DNA of 64,000 bases from a virus (lineage: Duplodnaviria > Caudoviricetes): IMG/VR virus record IMGVR_UViG_3300010051_000550, positions 15,667-79,666 of that record; one strand, 5' to 3'. The notes beneath the pieces were generated by a model, which worked only from the letters and a program-made list of their open reading frames with translations, was not told the origin of the DNA and searched no databases. Below are positions 1 through 8,944 of this stretch, in pieces. Both the position numbers and the translations under genes were made by a program. The first letter of the stretch is position 1; the number at the start of each line of letters is the position of its first letter.

Positions 1-196
1 CGTCGTTTTCGGTGAGGTACTGGAGGGCTTCCTTCAAGGTGTCCTCGGCCCTTCTTATATCGGAGAGGAAAGTACCCGCGAAGCTGGGGGCGCCGCGCAG
101 GCGTTCCCGGTTGTGGATCATAACGGTGCGGATGTCATCCAGAAGAACCTCGATCATTTCTTGATGTTTTTCGTATTGCAGCAGTTTGTCGTTCAT
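1..196 (-). CDS. Small helical hypothetical protein, runs off the window edge; similar to 851-1060
   Basis: ATG at 196 after a GGAGAG RBS; reads MNDKLLQYEKHQEMIEVLLDDIRTVM...AEDTLKEALQYLTEND. Confidence 0.7.
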   Translation of the reverse strand, partial: MNDKLLQYEKHQEMIEVLLDDIRTVMIHNRERLRGAPSFAGTFLSDIRRAEDTLKEALQYLTEND

Positions 197-198
197 TT

Positions 199-287
199 TT
201 CTCTCTCCGTAAGTGGTTTACTGATGGACATGTTACTCGGACGGGGGCAAAAGCCAAGGCTCAGTTCGATGTCTTTTCAGTGTCTTT
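199..287 (-). repeat. ~90-bp promoter+RBS module, copy 1
   Basis: Near-identical to 1063-1150; minus strand reads AAAGACA x2, TTGGCT-16-TAACAT, GGAGAG, ATG. Confidence 0.85.
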
Positions 288-358
288 CGGGACGAGATGA
301 GACAGAGAGGCAGCGACCCGTTGCCGGGCCGCTGGAAAGGTGGGGATGGAGTTGGGGG

Positions 359-610
359 TTATTCGTCGTCGTCCTCGGCCTCAAACTGGTTGAGCTGCTC
401 GATGATGTCATCGAGGTTGAGGTCGCCGCCGAGGAAACCGTGGTTGCTGCTGGCCATGATTTTCAGGTGGTCGAGGATGTAGGCCTCGGCCGCGTGGTCG
501 CCGGAGCGCCGGACATACTCGTCGATGCGTTCAATGGCGGCGTTCAGGTACTCCTGGGCTTCGGTGACCAGGTCGAGCAGGGCTTCTTTGTCAAAGGTTC
601 GGGCAATCAT
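359..610 (-). CDS. Acidic hypothetical protein
   Basis: ORF MIARTFDKEALL...; start overlaps the stop of the upstream gene. Confidence 0.7.
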   Translation of the reverse strand: MIARTFDKEALLDLVTEAQEYLNAAIERIDEYVRRSGDHAAEAYILDHLKIMASSNHGFLGGDLNLDDIIEQLNQFEAEDDDE

Positions 611-846
611 CGGGTCGTCTCCTTGCGGCCGAGTTCTCGGTCGACCGCGTCCTCGATCAGGCTCCAAAAATACTCTTCGCGCAGGCATCTCGTGCCGGCG
701 GCGAGCAGCTCTTTGTACGCGTCCCGGGCTTCGTCGGTCTGGAAGATGAACTCGTCGTCATCTGCCTCGTCGGCGTGGTCGGCGATTAGCTCAGCGATCA
801 GCTGGGCGATGGTGATGGGGCGCAGGTGGTTAAGCAAGTTGGTCAT
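607..846 (-). CDS. Acidic hypothetical protein
   Basis: GGAG RBS before ATG at 846; MTNLLNHLRPITIAQ... Confidence 0.7.
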   Translation of the reverse strand: MTNLLNHLRPITIAQLIAELIADHADEADDDEFIFQTDEARDAYKELLAAGTRCLREEYFWSLIEDAVDRELGRKETTR

Positions 847-850
847 GGTT

Positions 851-1060
851 TTACTCCTCATCGGTTACTTGCAGGAAGGTAAGCGCTTCTCGCAGGTGCT
901 CTTCTACGTATCCAAGATCGCCAACGTAGGCCCAGTTGCTGCTATCGTCTCGGAAGCTGCGGCTGTGGTCGGCGACCAACTCGCTGAGTTGGCTCAGCAT
1001 GCGCTGAACGTTGTCCTTGCGAGTTTGGTATTCCTTTTTCGTGGGCGTGTTGTTGATCAT
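851..1060 (-). CDS. Small helical hypothetical protein
   Basis: ATG at 1060 directly after the repeated promoter/RBS module. Confidence 0.72.
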   Translation of the reverse strand: MINNTPTKKEYQTRKDNVQRMLSQLSELVADHSRSFRDDSSNWAYVGDLGYVEEHLREALTFLQVTDEE

Positions 1061-1062
1061 GT

Positions 1063-1150
1063 TTCTCTCCGTAAGTCGTTTACTGATGGACATGTTACTC
1101 GGAACGGGCATAAAGCCAAGGCTCAATCTGGTGTCTTTTCAATGTCTTTT
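1063..1150 (-). repeat. ~90-bp promoter+RBS module, copy 2
   Basis: Near-identical to 199-287. Confidence 0.85.
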
Positions 1151-1159
1151 TTAATCTAA

Positions 1160-1744
1160 ATGGAGCATGGTGGTATCGAGATGGACGATAATTCGGTTCG
1201 TTTGTGGGAAAGGGCGCATTTGGAGCCGACACGGTGGTTCTACCGTTTCGATACGTATTACCGGCCGTTGGGGCCGGAGCGGAGTCTCCTGACGGCCTAC
1301 CGATTGTGGTGTCAGGCAGAAAAGGGCAGAAAGAGCGCGGCGGTCAGCGCGCCGACGAGCTGGCGGGAGGCGGCCGAGCAGTGGCAGTGGAAGGACCGGG
1401 CCGAGGCCTGGGACATGAGCCAGCGGCTGGAGCGACTAAAGGAAGACGACGAGGCGCGGCGCAAGAACCGGGAGCGACGGCTGGCGGTGTTGAACGCGGT
1501 GATGGCGCGGGCTTCAGACGCGCTGGTGAGGTTGAAGACGGAGGACGCGCGCTGGGGCGACGTGATCGCCGCGATCCGGCTGGCGGTGCAGGAGCTTCGT
1601 CACGAATACGGTGACGACGTGACGACGGTCAAGGTGGAAGCGGTTGACACGGCGCCGGACTGGATGATGGTCATGGCTCGGATGGATTCGGATCAGCTGG
1701 AGAAAGTCATCTCCAATCTCGACATGGTGGATAGATATGAGTGA
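1160..1744 (+). CDS. Phage protein, possibly terminase small-subunit-like
   Basis: Motif LWER..EP..WF.RF..Y..LGPERSL..AY resembles helical proteins found before terminases; first gene of the packaging operon. Confidence 0.55.
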   Translation: MEHGGIEMDDNSVRLWERAHLEPTRWFYRFDTYYRPLGPERSLLTAYRLWCQAEKGRKSAAVSAPTSWREAAEQWQWKDRAEAWDMSQRLERLKEDDEARRKNRERRLAVLNAVMARASDALVRLKTEDARWGDVIAAIRLAVQELRHEYGDDVTTVKVEAVDTAPDWMMVMARMDSDQLEKVISNLDMVDRYE

Positions 1745-1934
1745 TCAAACACCCGGCGCGGAACTGGACGAGGCGATGCGAGAGATGCTGGAGCACCTCC
1801 GCGCGTTGTTCGTCAGCACCCTGCCGGCACTTGTCGGTATTGAGGATTTGCTCGGTGTTCCTCCCGAGGAACAGTATGTGCGGCGCGAACGTCTGGAGCG
1901 GGGTGAGGACGGCGACACCGGATGTTACGTATAG
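1737..1934 (+). CDS. Hypothetical protein
   Basis: Overlapping start/stop with the upstream gene. Confidence 0.55.
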   Translation: MSDQTPGAELDEAMREMLEHLRALFVSTLPALVGIEDLLGVPPEEQYVRRERLERGEDGDTGCYV

Positions 1935-1956
1935 CCGTGATGGAGGTTGAGGCAGG

Positions 1957-2250
1957 ATGGAGCCAGGTGCGGGACATATAGACGCGGGACAGGATCGGGA
2001 GCGGCGCGACAAAGTCTATGCGTTCGTCTGTTCGTTTATGAAGGCCAGCGGCGGAGTTGCGCCTTCCGCGCGGGAGATTCAGCGCGGCACGGGGCTTCGC
2101 TCGCTGAATCATGTTCACGGCTGCCTGGGCACGCTGGAGCGTGAAGGGCGCATCCAGCGCGGCAAGTTCGGCCGGCCGCGCAGCCTGCGCATCGTGGGCG
2201 CTCGCTATTTGCTGCCGGACGAGGCGGAGGCGGGAGGTCGGGACAGATGA
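1957..2250 (+). CDS. LexA-like N-terminal winged-HTH DNA-binding protein without a peptidase domain
   Basis: VYAFVCSFMKASGGVAPSAREIQRGTGLRSLNHVHGCLGTLEREGRIQR...PRSLRI follows the LexA NTD pattern (PS.REI...GL.S...V...L..LE..G.I.R). Confidence 0.8.
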   Translation: MEPGAGHIDAGQDRERRDKVYAFVCSFMKASGGVAPSAREIQRGTGLRSLNHVHGCLGTLEREGRIQRGKFGRPRSLRIVGARYLLPDEAEAGGRDR

Positions 2251-2945
2251 CAGCGAGAGGTGGAAGCGCGTCGGGTAAGCGCGTGCGAGCGGCCGAGCGG
2301 CGCGAGCGGGCGTGGGAGCTTCGCAAACGGGGACTGACGTATCGGGCGATTGCCGAGCAGCTGGCGCCGGAGTTCGGTTCGTATTCGAAGTCGCAGGCGG
2401 AGCGGGACATCAAGCACACGCTCGACGAGTTGAACGAGCGGACGCTGGAGACGGCGGCCGAGGCGCGGGCGATTGACCTGGCGCGGTTGGATGACCTGCT
2501 GCTGGCGTGGTTCGCCACGGCGCTGCGGGAGCACGAGCGGCCGACGGCGACGCCGGCTCGTGGCGAAGGCGAGGAGGGTGATATCGTTTCGGCCTGGTTC
2601 GCGAAGGCGGTTAAGTCGGCCGCTGAAGGGAGCGAACCGGCCGAGGGGAGTGAGGCGGCCGGGAGCACGCCGCTTGACAACATCGACTGGAGCACGCTCT
2701 CGCCTATGGATTTGCTCGACGCGGTGCTCAAGAGGGCGCAGCTTTCTAAGCAGGCGACGGAGATCGTCCTCAAGATATTTGAGCAGCGAGCCAGGCTGCT
2801 GGGCTTGCACCGGCAGGAAGTGGCGCTGACGACGCCCAGCCCGCTACAGGTGGCGTCGGCGGTTGACCTGTCCGGGATGGATGAGGATGGCCTGAATGCA
2901 ATCATCAGAAATCTCGCGGCTGCGCGAGGCGACGGCACGGATTGA
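2247..2945 (+). CDS. HTH protein, probable terminase small subunit
   Basis: N-terminal HTH (RAWELRKRGLTYRAIAEQL); lies immediately upstream of TerL. Confidence 0.6.
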   Translation: MTARGGSASGKRVRAAERRERAWELRKRGLTYRAIAEQLAPEFGSYSKSQAERDIKHTLDELNERTLETAAEARAIDLARLDDLLLAWFATALREHERPTATPARGEGEEGDIVSAWFAKAVKSAAEGSEPAEGSEAAGSTPLDNIDWSTLSPMDLLDAVLKRAQLSKQATEIVLKIFEQRARLLGLHRQEVALTTPSPLQVASAVDLSGMDEDGLNAIIRNLAAARGDGTD

Positions 2946-4602
2946 ATGGCAACGTCGCCAAGCGGCCGGGAATGGCCTCGCCGGCGCGGGGCAGCTGGAT
3001 TTACTGACATGGACGGTGGTATATCGATGCTGGCTGCAACCGGGGCAACTATTCGACATAGCAGAGCACCTGTACCTGGTGGACATCTACAACAGCCGGG
3101 CGCGCGAGCTGGTGATCTTCAAGGCCGGTCAGATGGGGGCCAGCGAGTTCGCTGTGAGTTACGCGCTGCACGCCTGCGACCAGGAGCGGGCGACGGTGCT
3201 CTACGTTTTCCCGACCGAGGACGACGTGAGCGACTTCTCGACGTCGCGCATCAACCCGGCGCTGGAGGCCAGTCCGTACTTGAACCAGCTGGTGGTGCCC
3301 GGCGGCGGCGGCGGTGGGCGCGGCGCGGACCGGGTGACGCTGAAGCGAATCCGCGACCGGTTTCTGTATCTGCGCGGGGCGCGGGTGAGCAAGACGGGCC
3401 AGGCGTCGCAGTTGAAATCGGTGGCGGCCGACAAGGTTATCTTCGACGAGCTGGACGAGATGGACCCGCGCGCACCGGTTATTGCCGTCAAGCGGTTGGG
3501 CCACAGCGCCATCGGCGGGCGGCTGGACATTTCGACACCCACCCACCCCGGTCGCGGGATTCACGCTCGCTGGCTGGAGTCGGATCAGCGGGAGTGGTTT
3601 GTGCAGTGCGCGGGATGTGGGGAGCGGCAGCCGCTGACGATCAACCAGCTGGTGAGCGAGTGGGACGAGCTGGAGCGGCCGGTGGCGTGGCACGGGATGA
3701 AGGACGGCCGCGCGTTCGTCGCCTGTCGCAAGTGCGGCCGGGAACTGGATCGGCTCGGTCGTGGCCAGTGGGTGGCGGCATATCCCGAGCGGCCGGTGAC
3801 GGGGTTCCACCTGAGCAAGCTGTTTTCGTCGCGGACGGACCTGATGTCGATCATCGCTCAGCTGCAGTCAGTGGACGAGAGCGTGCGGAAGGAGTGCTTC
3901 AATCAGGATTTGGGGCTGCCTTACAAACCGCGCGGCGGCAAGTTGAGCGAGGAGATGCTGGACGAGTGCCGGCGCGACTATGGGCATGGGCCGGAGCGCG
4001 GCGAGCGGCCGTTTATCGGCGTGGACGTGGGCACGGTGCTGCACGTGGTGGTGCGCGGGCCGCTCAACGGCGAGGGGGAGCGGCCCCAGCGGTTTGCCGG
4101 CGAGTTGGCCAGCTTCGAGGAGTTGGGGCGGCTCATCCGGCAGTATCGGCCGCGACGGGTGGTGATCGACGCGCTGCCGGAGACGCGGATGGCGCGGGCG
4201 CTGCAGGCGGATTTCCCGGATGGGCTGATCTGGCTGTCGTACTACACGGAGGGCAGCAAGGACGAAGCGGCCGTGCGGTGGGATCAGAAGAACGGCACGG
4301 TGCTGGTCGACCGGACGCGGGCGATGGACGCGATGATCGCGGGGTTCTCGCCGGTGGTGCAGGAGAACACGCTGCCGGCCGGCGCGCGGGGTATCAGCGG
4401 CGGCAATTATTACCGGCACATGACGGAGCCGGTGCGCGTCGTGGAGACGGCCGCGGGCCGGGCAGGAACGGACGTGGCGCGGTATGTGTCGGAGAAGGCG
4501 GATCACTTCGCGCACGCGGAGAATTATTGTTGGGTGGCGAGCCAGTCGCCGAAGGCGCCACTGTTGGGCGTGGCGCTGGGTGTTGGGGTGAAGGGCTGGT
4601 AG
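2896..4602 (+). CDS. terL: Terminase large subunit, lambda GpA-like
   Basis: KAGQMGASE Walker A variant, VIFDELDE Walker B, ISTPT, CxxC...CxxC, C-terminal nuclease IGVDVG...DHFAHA. Confidence 0.92.
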   Translation: MQSSEISRLREATARIEWQRRQAAGNGLAGAGQLDLLTWTVVYRCWLQPGQLFDIAEHLYLVDIYNSRARELVIFKAGQMGASEFAVSYALHACDQERATVLYVFPTEDDVSDFSTSRINPALEASPYLNQLVVPGGGGGGRGADRVTLKRIRDRFLYLRGARVSKTGQASQLKSVAADKVIFDELDEMDPRAPVIAVKRLGHSAIGGRLDISTPTHPGRGIHARWLESDQREWFVQCAGCGERQPLTINQLVSEWDELERPVAWHGMKDGRAFVACRKCGRELDRLGRGQWVAAYPERPVTGFHLSKLFSSRTDLMSIIAQLQSVDESVRKECFNQDLGLPYKPRGGKLSEEMLDECRRDYGHGPERGERPFIGVDVGTVLHVVVRGPLNGEGERPQRFAGELASFEELGRLIRQYRPRRVVIDALPETRMARALQADFPDGLIWLSYYTEGSKDEAAVRWDQKNGTVLVDRTRAMDAMIAGFSPVVQENTLPAGARGISGGNYYRHMTEPVRVVETAAGRAGTDVARYVSEKADHFAHAENYCWVASQSPKAPLLGVALGVGVKGW

Positions 4603-4616
4603 GAGAGGGATGAGAG

Positions 4617-6203
4617 ATGGCAGAAAGTAACGCGTGGAGCAGGTTTTGGCAGGGGCGAGGGGCGACGGCGGCCAGGGAGCGGCAGCTTCGGAGGGGCGAT
4701 CTTCAGGTCGGCGCGAGGGCGCTGGCGGGCGCGCGGGCGCGGCCGAAGGCGCCGGCCGGGTCGCGGGCGCGATTGACCCAGGACGGCAGCGCGCCCTACG
4801 GGGCGCTGTGGGGGCTGGCGTTGCAGGCAGATCGGGAGGTGGATTGGCAGGCGCTTGACCTGGACGCGCGGATGCTGGGGCGGATGTCGACCGGCGACCT
4901 GGTGGAGTTGATGGCGGATCTGTCGCCGGAGGTGAGCGGGGCGCTGTGGCATTTCACGCGGTTTTGCAATCCGGGCTGGGAGGCGCGGGCGCTGAAACCG
5001 GGTTCGCTGGTGGAGGACGCGACGGGCAAGAAGTTGCTGGACGCGTTCCTGGACAGGCTGAATGAGAAGTACGGCGCGGTGGACGTGGTGTGGAATTCGT
5101 TCTTCATGACCGCCTTCCTGCGCGGGGCGTTTTTCGGGGAGTTGGTGATGAGCAAGGACAGGCGGACGCCGCTGGACTTGATCGCCGTCGACCCATACGC
5201 GGCCGAGTATGTGCGGCGCGATGATCCGGAGTTGGGCGAGGTGTGGCAGTTGGGGCAGACGGTGGGCGGCCAGTTCAGGCCTTTGGACGTGCCGACGGTG
5301 CAGTATGTGCCGATTGACCCGCTGCCGGGTCGGGCGCCTTACGGCCGCTCGCTGGTGACGCCGGCGATTTTCTCGTCGCTGTTCCTGTTGGGGCTGCTCC
5401 ATGACTTGAGGCGGGTTGTGGCCCAGCAGGGGTATCCGCGCCTCGATCTGGAGGTGAGTCTGGCGCGGCTGACGGAGTCGATGCCTGAGGAGATTGACGA
5501 CGACCCGGACAAGCAGCGGGAGTGGGTGCAGCTGGTCATCGGCCAGATCGCGGAGATGTTTTCGCAGTTGCAGCCGGACGACGCCTATGTGCACACGGAC
5601 GTGGTGAAGGTGAACCGGCCGGTGGGCGCGGTGGACGCGTCGAGCCTGGGCGCGGTGGACGCGCTGATCCGCTCGGTGGAGCGGATGGCGACGCGGGGGC
5701 TGAAGACGATGCCGCTGTTGATGGGCAGTAATGAGGCGGTGAGCGAGACGCACGCGAACCGGCAGTGGGAGATTCATGTGGCGGGCATCAAGGCGCTGCA
5801 GCACCTGGCCGAGCAGATGTTGAGCCACCTGCTGACGCTGGCGCTGGAGGCGCAAGGCGCGCGGGTGGTGGTGGAGTTGCGGTTCGCGGAACTGCGGGAG
5901 AGCGAGGCGCTGCGGGACGCGCAGGCGGAATCGGCCGTTATCGACAACGCCATGCGGAAATACCTGGCGGGATGGATTAGCCAGGATGAGGCGGCGCTGG
6001 AGGTGACGGGGCACGCGCCGGACAGGGATCGGCCGCGGGTGATTGAGGTCGTGGGCGGGGCGGACATTGTCGACTTGAGCGTGGCTGAGGGCGGCGCAGA
6101 CGCGCGCGGCCGGGAAGGGGTGTGGCGGCGGGAGCTGCTGGCGGAGATGGAGGCGGCGCGGGTGGCGTTGGAGAAGGTGATCGGAGAGGAGCGACATGGA
6201 TGA
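4617..6203 (+). CDS. Portal protein
   Basis: 528 aa directly after TerL; PYGRSL motif; helical portal-like organisation. Confidence 0.78.
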   Translation: MAESNAWSRFWQGRGATAARERQLRRGDLQVGARALAGARARPKAPAGSRARLTQDGSAPYGALWGLALQADREVDWQALDLDARMLGRMSTGDLVELMADLSPEVSGALWHFTRFCNPGWEARALKPGSLVEDATGKKLLDAFLDRLNEKYGAVDVVWNSFFMTAFLRGAFFGELVMSKDRRTPLDLIAVDPYAAEYVRRDDPELGEVWQLGQTVGGQFRPLDVPTVQYVPIDPLPGRAPYGRSLVTPAIFSSLFLLGLLHDLRRVVAQQGYPRLDLEVSLARLTESMPEEIDDDPDKQREWVQLVIGQIAEMFSQLQPDDAYVHTDVVKVNRPVGAVDASSLGAVDALIRSVERMATRGLKTMPLLMGSNEAVSETHANRQWEIHVAGIKALQHLAEQMLSHLLTLALEAQGARVVVELRFAELRESEALRDAQAESAVIDNAMRKYLAGWISQDEAALEVTGHAPDRDRPRVIEVVGGADIVDLSVAEGGADARGREGVWRRELLAEMEAARVALEKVIGEERHG

Positions 6204-6336
6204 TATTTGGACGTTCTTGCTCTTCGCGGTGGCGTATACGTCGGTGGCGCTCCTGTATTTGTTCTGGGTGTTGCCCAGGGCTTTCAAGTGGCTGTTTGGG
6301 AAGATGAAGGGCAACGATTCGGACAGAGGCCAATGA
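6196..6336 (+). CDS. 46-aa membrane peptide
   Basis: GGAG RBS; hydrophobic MDDIWTFLLFAVAYTSVALLYLFWVLP. Confidence 0.55.
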   Translation: MDDIWTFLLFAVAYTSVALLYLFWVLPRAFKWLFGKMKGNDSDRGQ

Positions 6337-6369
6337 GCGCCTCGATAAGGTAACGAGAGCGGAGGACTG

Positions 6370-6810
6370 ATGTGCGATTCTGATGAGGTTAGAGACAAGG
6401 TCAGGGAGGAGTTGTTACACGTTCTGAATACGCCGGAGTGGCGCGACTGGAAGCCGACGGCCGAAGAGCGGGCGGCGCTGGTGGAGTTGAGGGAAGCGAT
6501 GCTACTTCTCATGGCCGAGGCCAGCGGCCGGGCCATCGAACGGATAGTGGATGGGATGCGTGAATTCCTCGCGCGTCTCCGGCCGCATATGGAAGCGCTG
6601 TTGGAGGAGATGCGTTCGCTCGGTGAAACGATTGTTAACGCATTGGTCGAGGGAATCTCTCTGTTGCGGGGGGAGGAAGACGCGGCCTTCTCGTGGCGGA
6701 AGCGGAAGCGGAAGCCGGAGGTACGCCCGGCGCGAGTGGTGGACTCGGTGGCGGCCGGGAGGAATCCGGCGATGGTGATGCGGACGCGCATTCGCGGGGG
6801 GCGGCGATGA
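6370..6810 (+). CDS. Hypothetical protein, tandem paralog A
   Basis: Shares TAEERAALVE..LRE and NALVEG.SLLRG with 6807-7034. Confidence 0.6.
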   Translation: MCDSDEVRDKVREELLHVLNTPEWRDWKPTAEERAALVELREAMLLLMAEASGRAIERIVDGMREFLARLRPHMEALLEEMRSLGETIVNALVEGISLLRGEEDAAFSWRKRKRKPEVRPARVVDSVAAGRNPAMVMRTRIRGGRR

Positions 6811-7034
6811 GCGATAGCGATGAGGAGTTGATACACGTTCTGCATATGCTGGAGTGGCGCTACTGGGAGCTGACGGCCGAAGAACGGGCGGCGCTGGTGG
6901 AGATGGCGGAGTTGAGGGAAGCGCCGTTATTTCTCAAGATGGAAGCGTTCGTGGAGGCGGTACATTCACTCCGTGAAGCGATTATTAACGCTTTGGTTGA
7001 GGGATTCTCTCTGTTGCGTGGGGGGCGGCGATGA
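6807..7034 (+). CDS. Hypothetical protein, tandem paralog B
   Basis: ATGA-coupled to paralog A. Confidence 0.6.
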   Translation: MSDSDEELIHVLHMLEWRYWELTAEERAALVEMAELREAPLFLKMEAFVEAVHSLREAIINALVEGFSLLRGGRR

Positions 7035-7154
7035 CGGCAAGCACTGAAAAGGAATCAGAGAAAGAAAGACGCAGGAGGATGGAGGATTGTTTGGCGCGGC
7101 TGGACGAGGGAGTTAAGCAGCTGTTAGCAAACAACTATAAGTATGGTATGGCGG

Positions 7155-7275
7155 GCGGCCGCAGAGCGTACCGTCGAGGTCAAGGGGAAAAAGGAGTAGT
7201 GAGAGATGGCCGAGATTCCATTTGAGGCATTGTTATTTGGACTGGAAGGCACGCCGGGAACCGGGGCCGCGCCGG
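7155..7275 (+). repeat. Copy of the tail-tube gene RBS and 5' end (original at ~23356-23476)
   Basis: GTCGAGGTCAAGGGGAAAAAGGAGTAGTGAGAGATGGCCGAGATTCCATTTGAGGCATTGTTATT is identical at both loci. Confidence 0.92.
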
Positions 7276-7550
7276 AGACCGAGCCGGCTCGAATGCGCCG
7301 GCTGCTGAACGAGGAGCGGGCGCAGCGTGTCGCGGCTATGCGGGTGGCGAGCGAGATGTTCGGGAACTTCAATCGACTGCTGGCCGAGTCGGTGGCGCAG
7401 CAAGCCGCGACTCAGGCGGCGTTGGACAAGGCGAATCGGGATATTGACGCGCTGAGGGCTCGGCCGGTGGGAGGAGTGCTCCGCTGGAGAGAAAGACGCT
7501 TTATGGGGGACACAGATGCCAGAATGTACGTTGACGGAGAAGAAGAATAG
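7206..7550 (+). CDS. Chimeric hypothetical protein with a tail-tube N-terminus and a coiled coil
   Basis: MAEIPFEALLFGLEGTPGTG versus tail tube MAEIPFEALLLGLESTSGTG. Confidence 0.65.
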   Translation: MAEIPFEALLFGLEGTPGTGAAPETEPARMRRLLNEERAQRVAAMRVASEMFGNFNRLLAESVAQQAATQAALDKANRDIDALRARPVGGVLRWRERRFMGDTDARMYVDGEEE

Positions 7551-7562
7551 AAGGAACTTAAG

Positions 7563-7820
7563 GTGAATATGATGAAAGCAGCTGCTAACGTAATCGCGGT
7601 GTTGGGATGGGGCGGGTTCCTGGTGGCCTTGTGGTGGCCGCTTGTGATGGGCGAGATGCCGGCTCTCGGTTCATGGCTAGCCGTCATTTTGTTTTCGCTT
7701 CTGACGGGTTTGGTCGTGCCGTCGTATCTCCTTCGACTGGAGATTCAGATCAGCTCCACGGCGGCCGGCTCGGCGGAGCGCGCGAAGGCGGTTGGTTCGC
7801 GGCCGGGCAGGCAGCCGTGA
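7563..7820 (+). CDS. Two-TM membrane protein
   Basis: Two hydrophobic segments. Confidence 0.55.
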   Translation: MNMMKAAANVIAVLGWGGFLVALWWPLVMGEMPALGSWLAVILFSLLTGLVVPSYLLRLEIQISSTAAGSAERAKAVGSRPGRQP

Positions 7821-8755
7821 GCCCATATGACCCAGCTGCGGCCTTCGCCGGCGCAGGGCCGGTTTTATCCACCGCCACCCTCGCGCGGGAGGTCGCCCGG
7901 TATCATCGGGCGCTGTCGTCGGGGTTGGCGCTGGCCGGCGCGCGTTCGGCGGCGGATGGGCCGACGGCGGGCGAGTTGCTGATGGAGGCCGGATTCGGGC
8001 AGGCGTTGCAGCCGGCGCTGGCGACGATGTACCAGCGGCCGCTCGACGAGGGCCTGACGGCGATGGTGGGGATGAGCCGGGAGGAGATCTCCGGCTCGGT
8101 GCTGGCGTTCTATCGGGAGCGGCCGGACACGTTGGAGCCGGCGCGGCGGGTGTTGGGCCGGTATGCGCGGCGCGGGTTCGAGTTGGGTGGCCAGATGGGG
8201 CTGGACGGGCTGGACCTTCCCGGAGTGTTTGAGTTGAGCGATGAGGATATTGAGGCGGCGCTGGAGGCGCATACGGCGCAGTTGACGGTGGCCGAGCGTG
8301 GGGCGGAGATGTCGCTGGCAGTGACGACGGCCGAGGAGATCGGCCGCCGGGTGGACAAGCAGCGGGATGAGGGCCTGTCGGTGGCGGAGATGTTGCCGCT
8401 GATGAGCGCCTGGGTGCTGGGGAGGACGGTCATTCGCTCGGCCAACATCGCGGCGACGGAGTCGGTGCGGATGACGCGCTGGGGGATGGTGTGGGCGTTC
8501 GCGGGGAACGGGATTCGCGGCGTGCGGCACGAGTGCGCCCTGGACGTGGAGCAGCGCTGCAGCGGGGAGTGCCCGGCTTTGTGCGGGGTGGAGTATGAGT
8601 TGGGCGGGGTGTTCGCTCCGATGAGCGGTATCCCGAGCGCGGGGCAGATTCCGCTGCACCCGCGCTGCCGGTGTGTATACGCGCCGCTGATGGACGGATG
8701 GGTGAAGCCGGCGCTGATCTGGACGGGATTTGCATTGGGTTTGTTGAGTGATTAG
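7817..8755 (+). CDS. Minor head morphogenesis protein (SPP1 gp7/Mu F-like)
   Basis: C-terminal C..C...G..Y...IPLHPRCRC motif; ATE..R motif; GTG start at 7817. Confidence 0.85.
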   Translation: MSPYDPAAAFAGAGPVLSTATLAREVARYHRALSSGLALAGARSAADGPTAGELLMEAGFGQALQPALATMYQRPLDEGLTAMVGMSREEISGSVLAFYRERPDTLEPARRVLGRYARRGFELGGQMGLDGLDLPGVFELSDEDIEAALEAHTAQLTVAERGAEMSLAVTTAEEIGRRVDKQRDEGLSVAEMLPLMSAWVLGRTVIRSANIAATESVRMTRWGMVWAFAGNGIRGVRHECALDVEQRCSGECPALCGVEYELGGVFAPMSGIPSAGQIPLHPRCRCVYAPLMDGWVKPALIWTGFALGLLSD

Positions 8756-8766
8756 GAGATAGGTCG

Positions 8767-8931
8767 ATGAGCAAAAAGACGAAAGGGCAGACGGTGACGA
8801 CTGAGAAGAACGGCATCGTCATCGAGACGACGTATGACGGCGAGGGGAATGTGATCGCTGTCAAGAAATGGGTGAAGCCGGACAAACGGCAGCGAGGCCC
8901 GGCCCCCAACGTGGAGCAGCGGCCGCAATAG
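8767..8931 (+). CDS. 54-aa hypothetical protein
   Basis: GGAG/AGG RBS; MSKKTKGQTVTTEKNGIVIETT. Confidence 0.5.
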   Translation: MSKKTKGQTVTTEKNGIVIETTYDGEGNVIAVKKWVKPDKRQRGPAPNVEQRPQ

Positions 8932-8944
8932 GGACGAGGACGTT

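Noticed and set aside
113-1159. 348-aa plus-strand ORF
   Set aside because: It is the antisense shadow of four minus-strand genes that have clear RBSs and promoter modules
4524-6845. 773-aa minus-strand ORF, and similar long Arg/His/Pro-rich ORFs such as 2946-4613, 18135-19118, 19378-21195, 35921-37168 and 49804-51906
   Set aside because: These are off-frame or antisense shadows typical of high-GC coding DNA; composition is unnatural and they overlap well-supported genes
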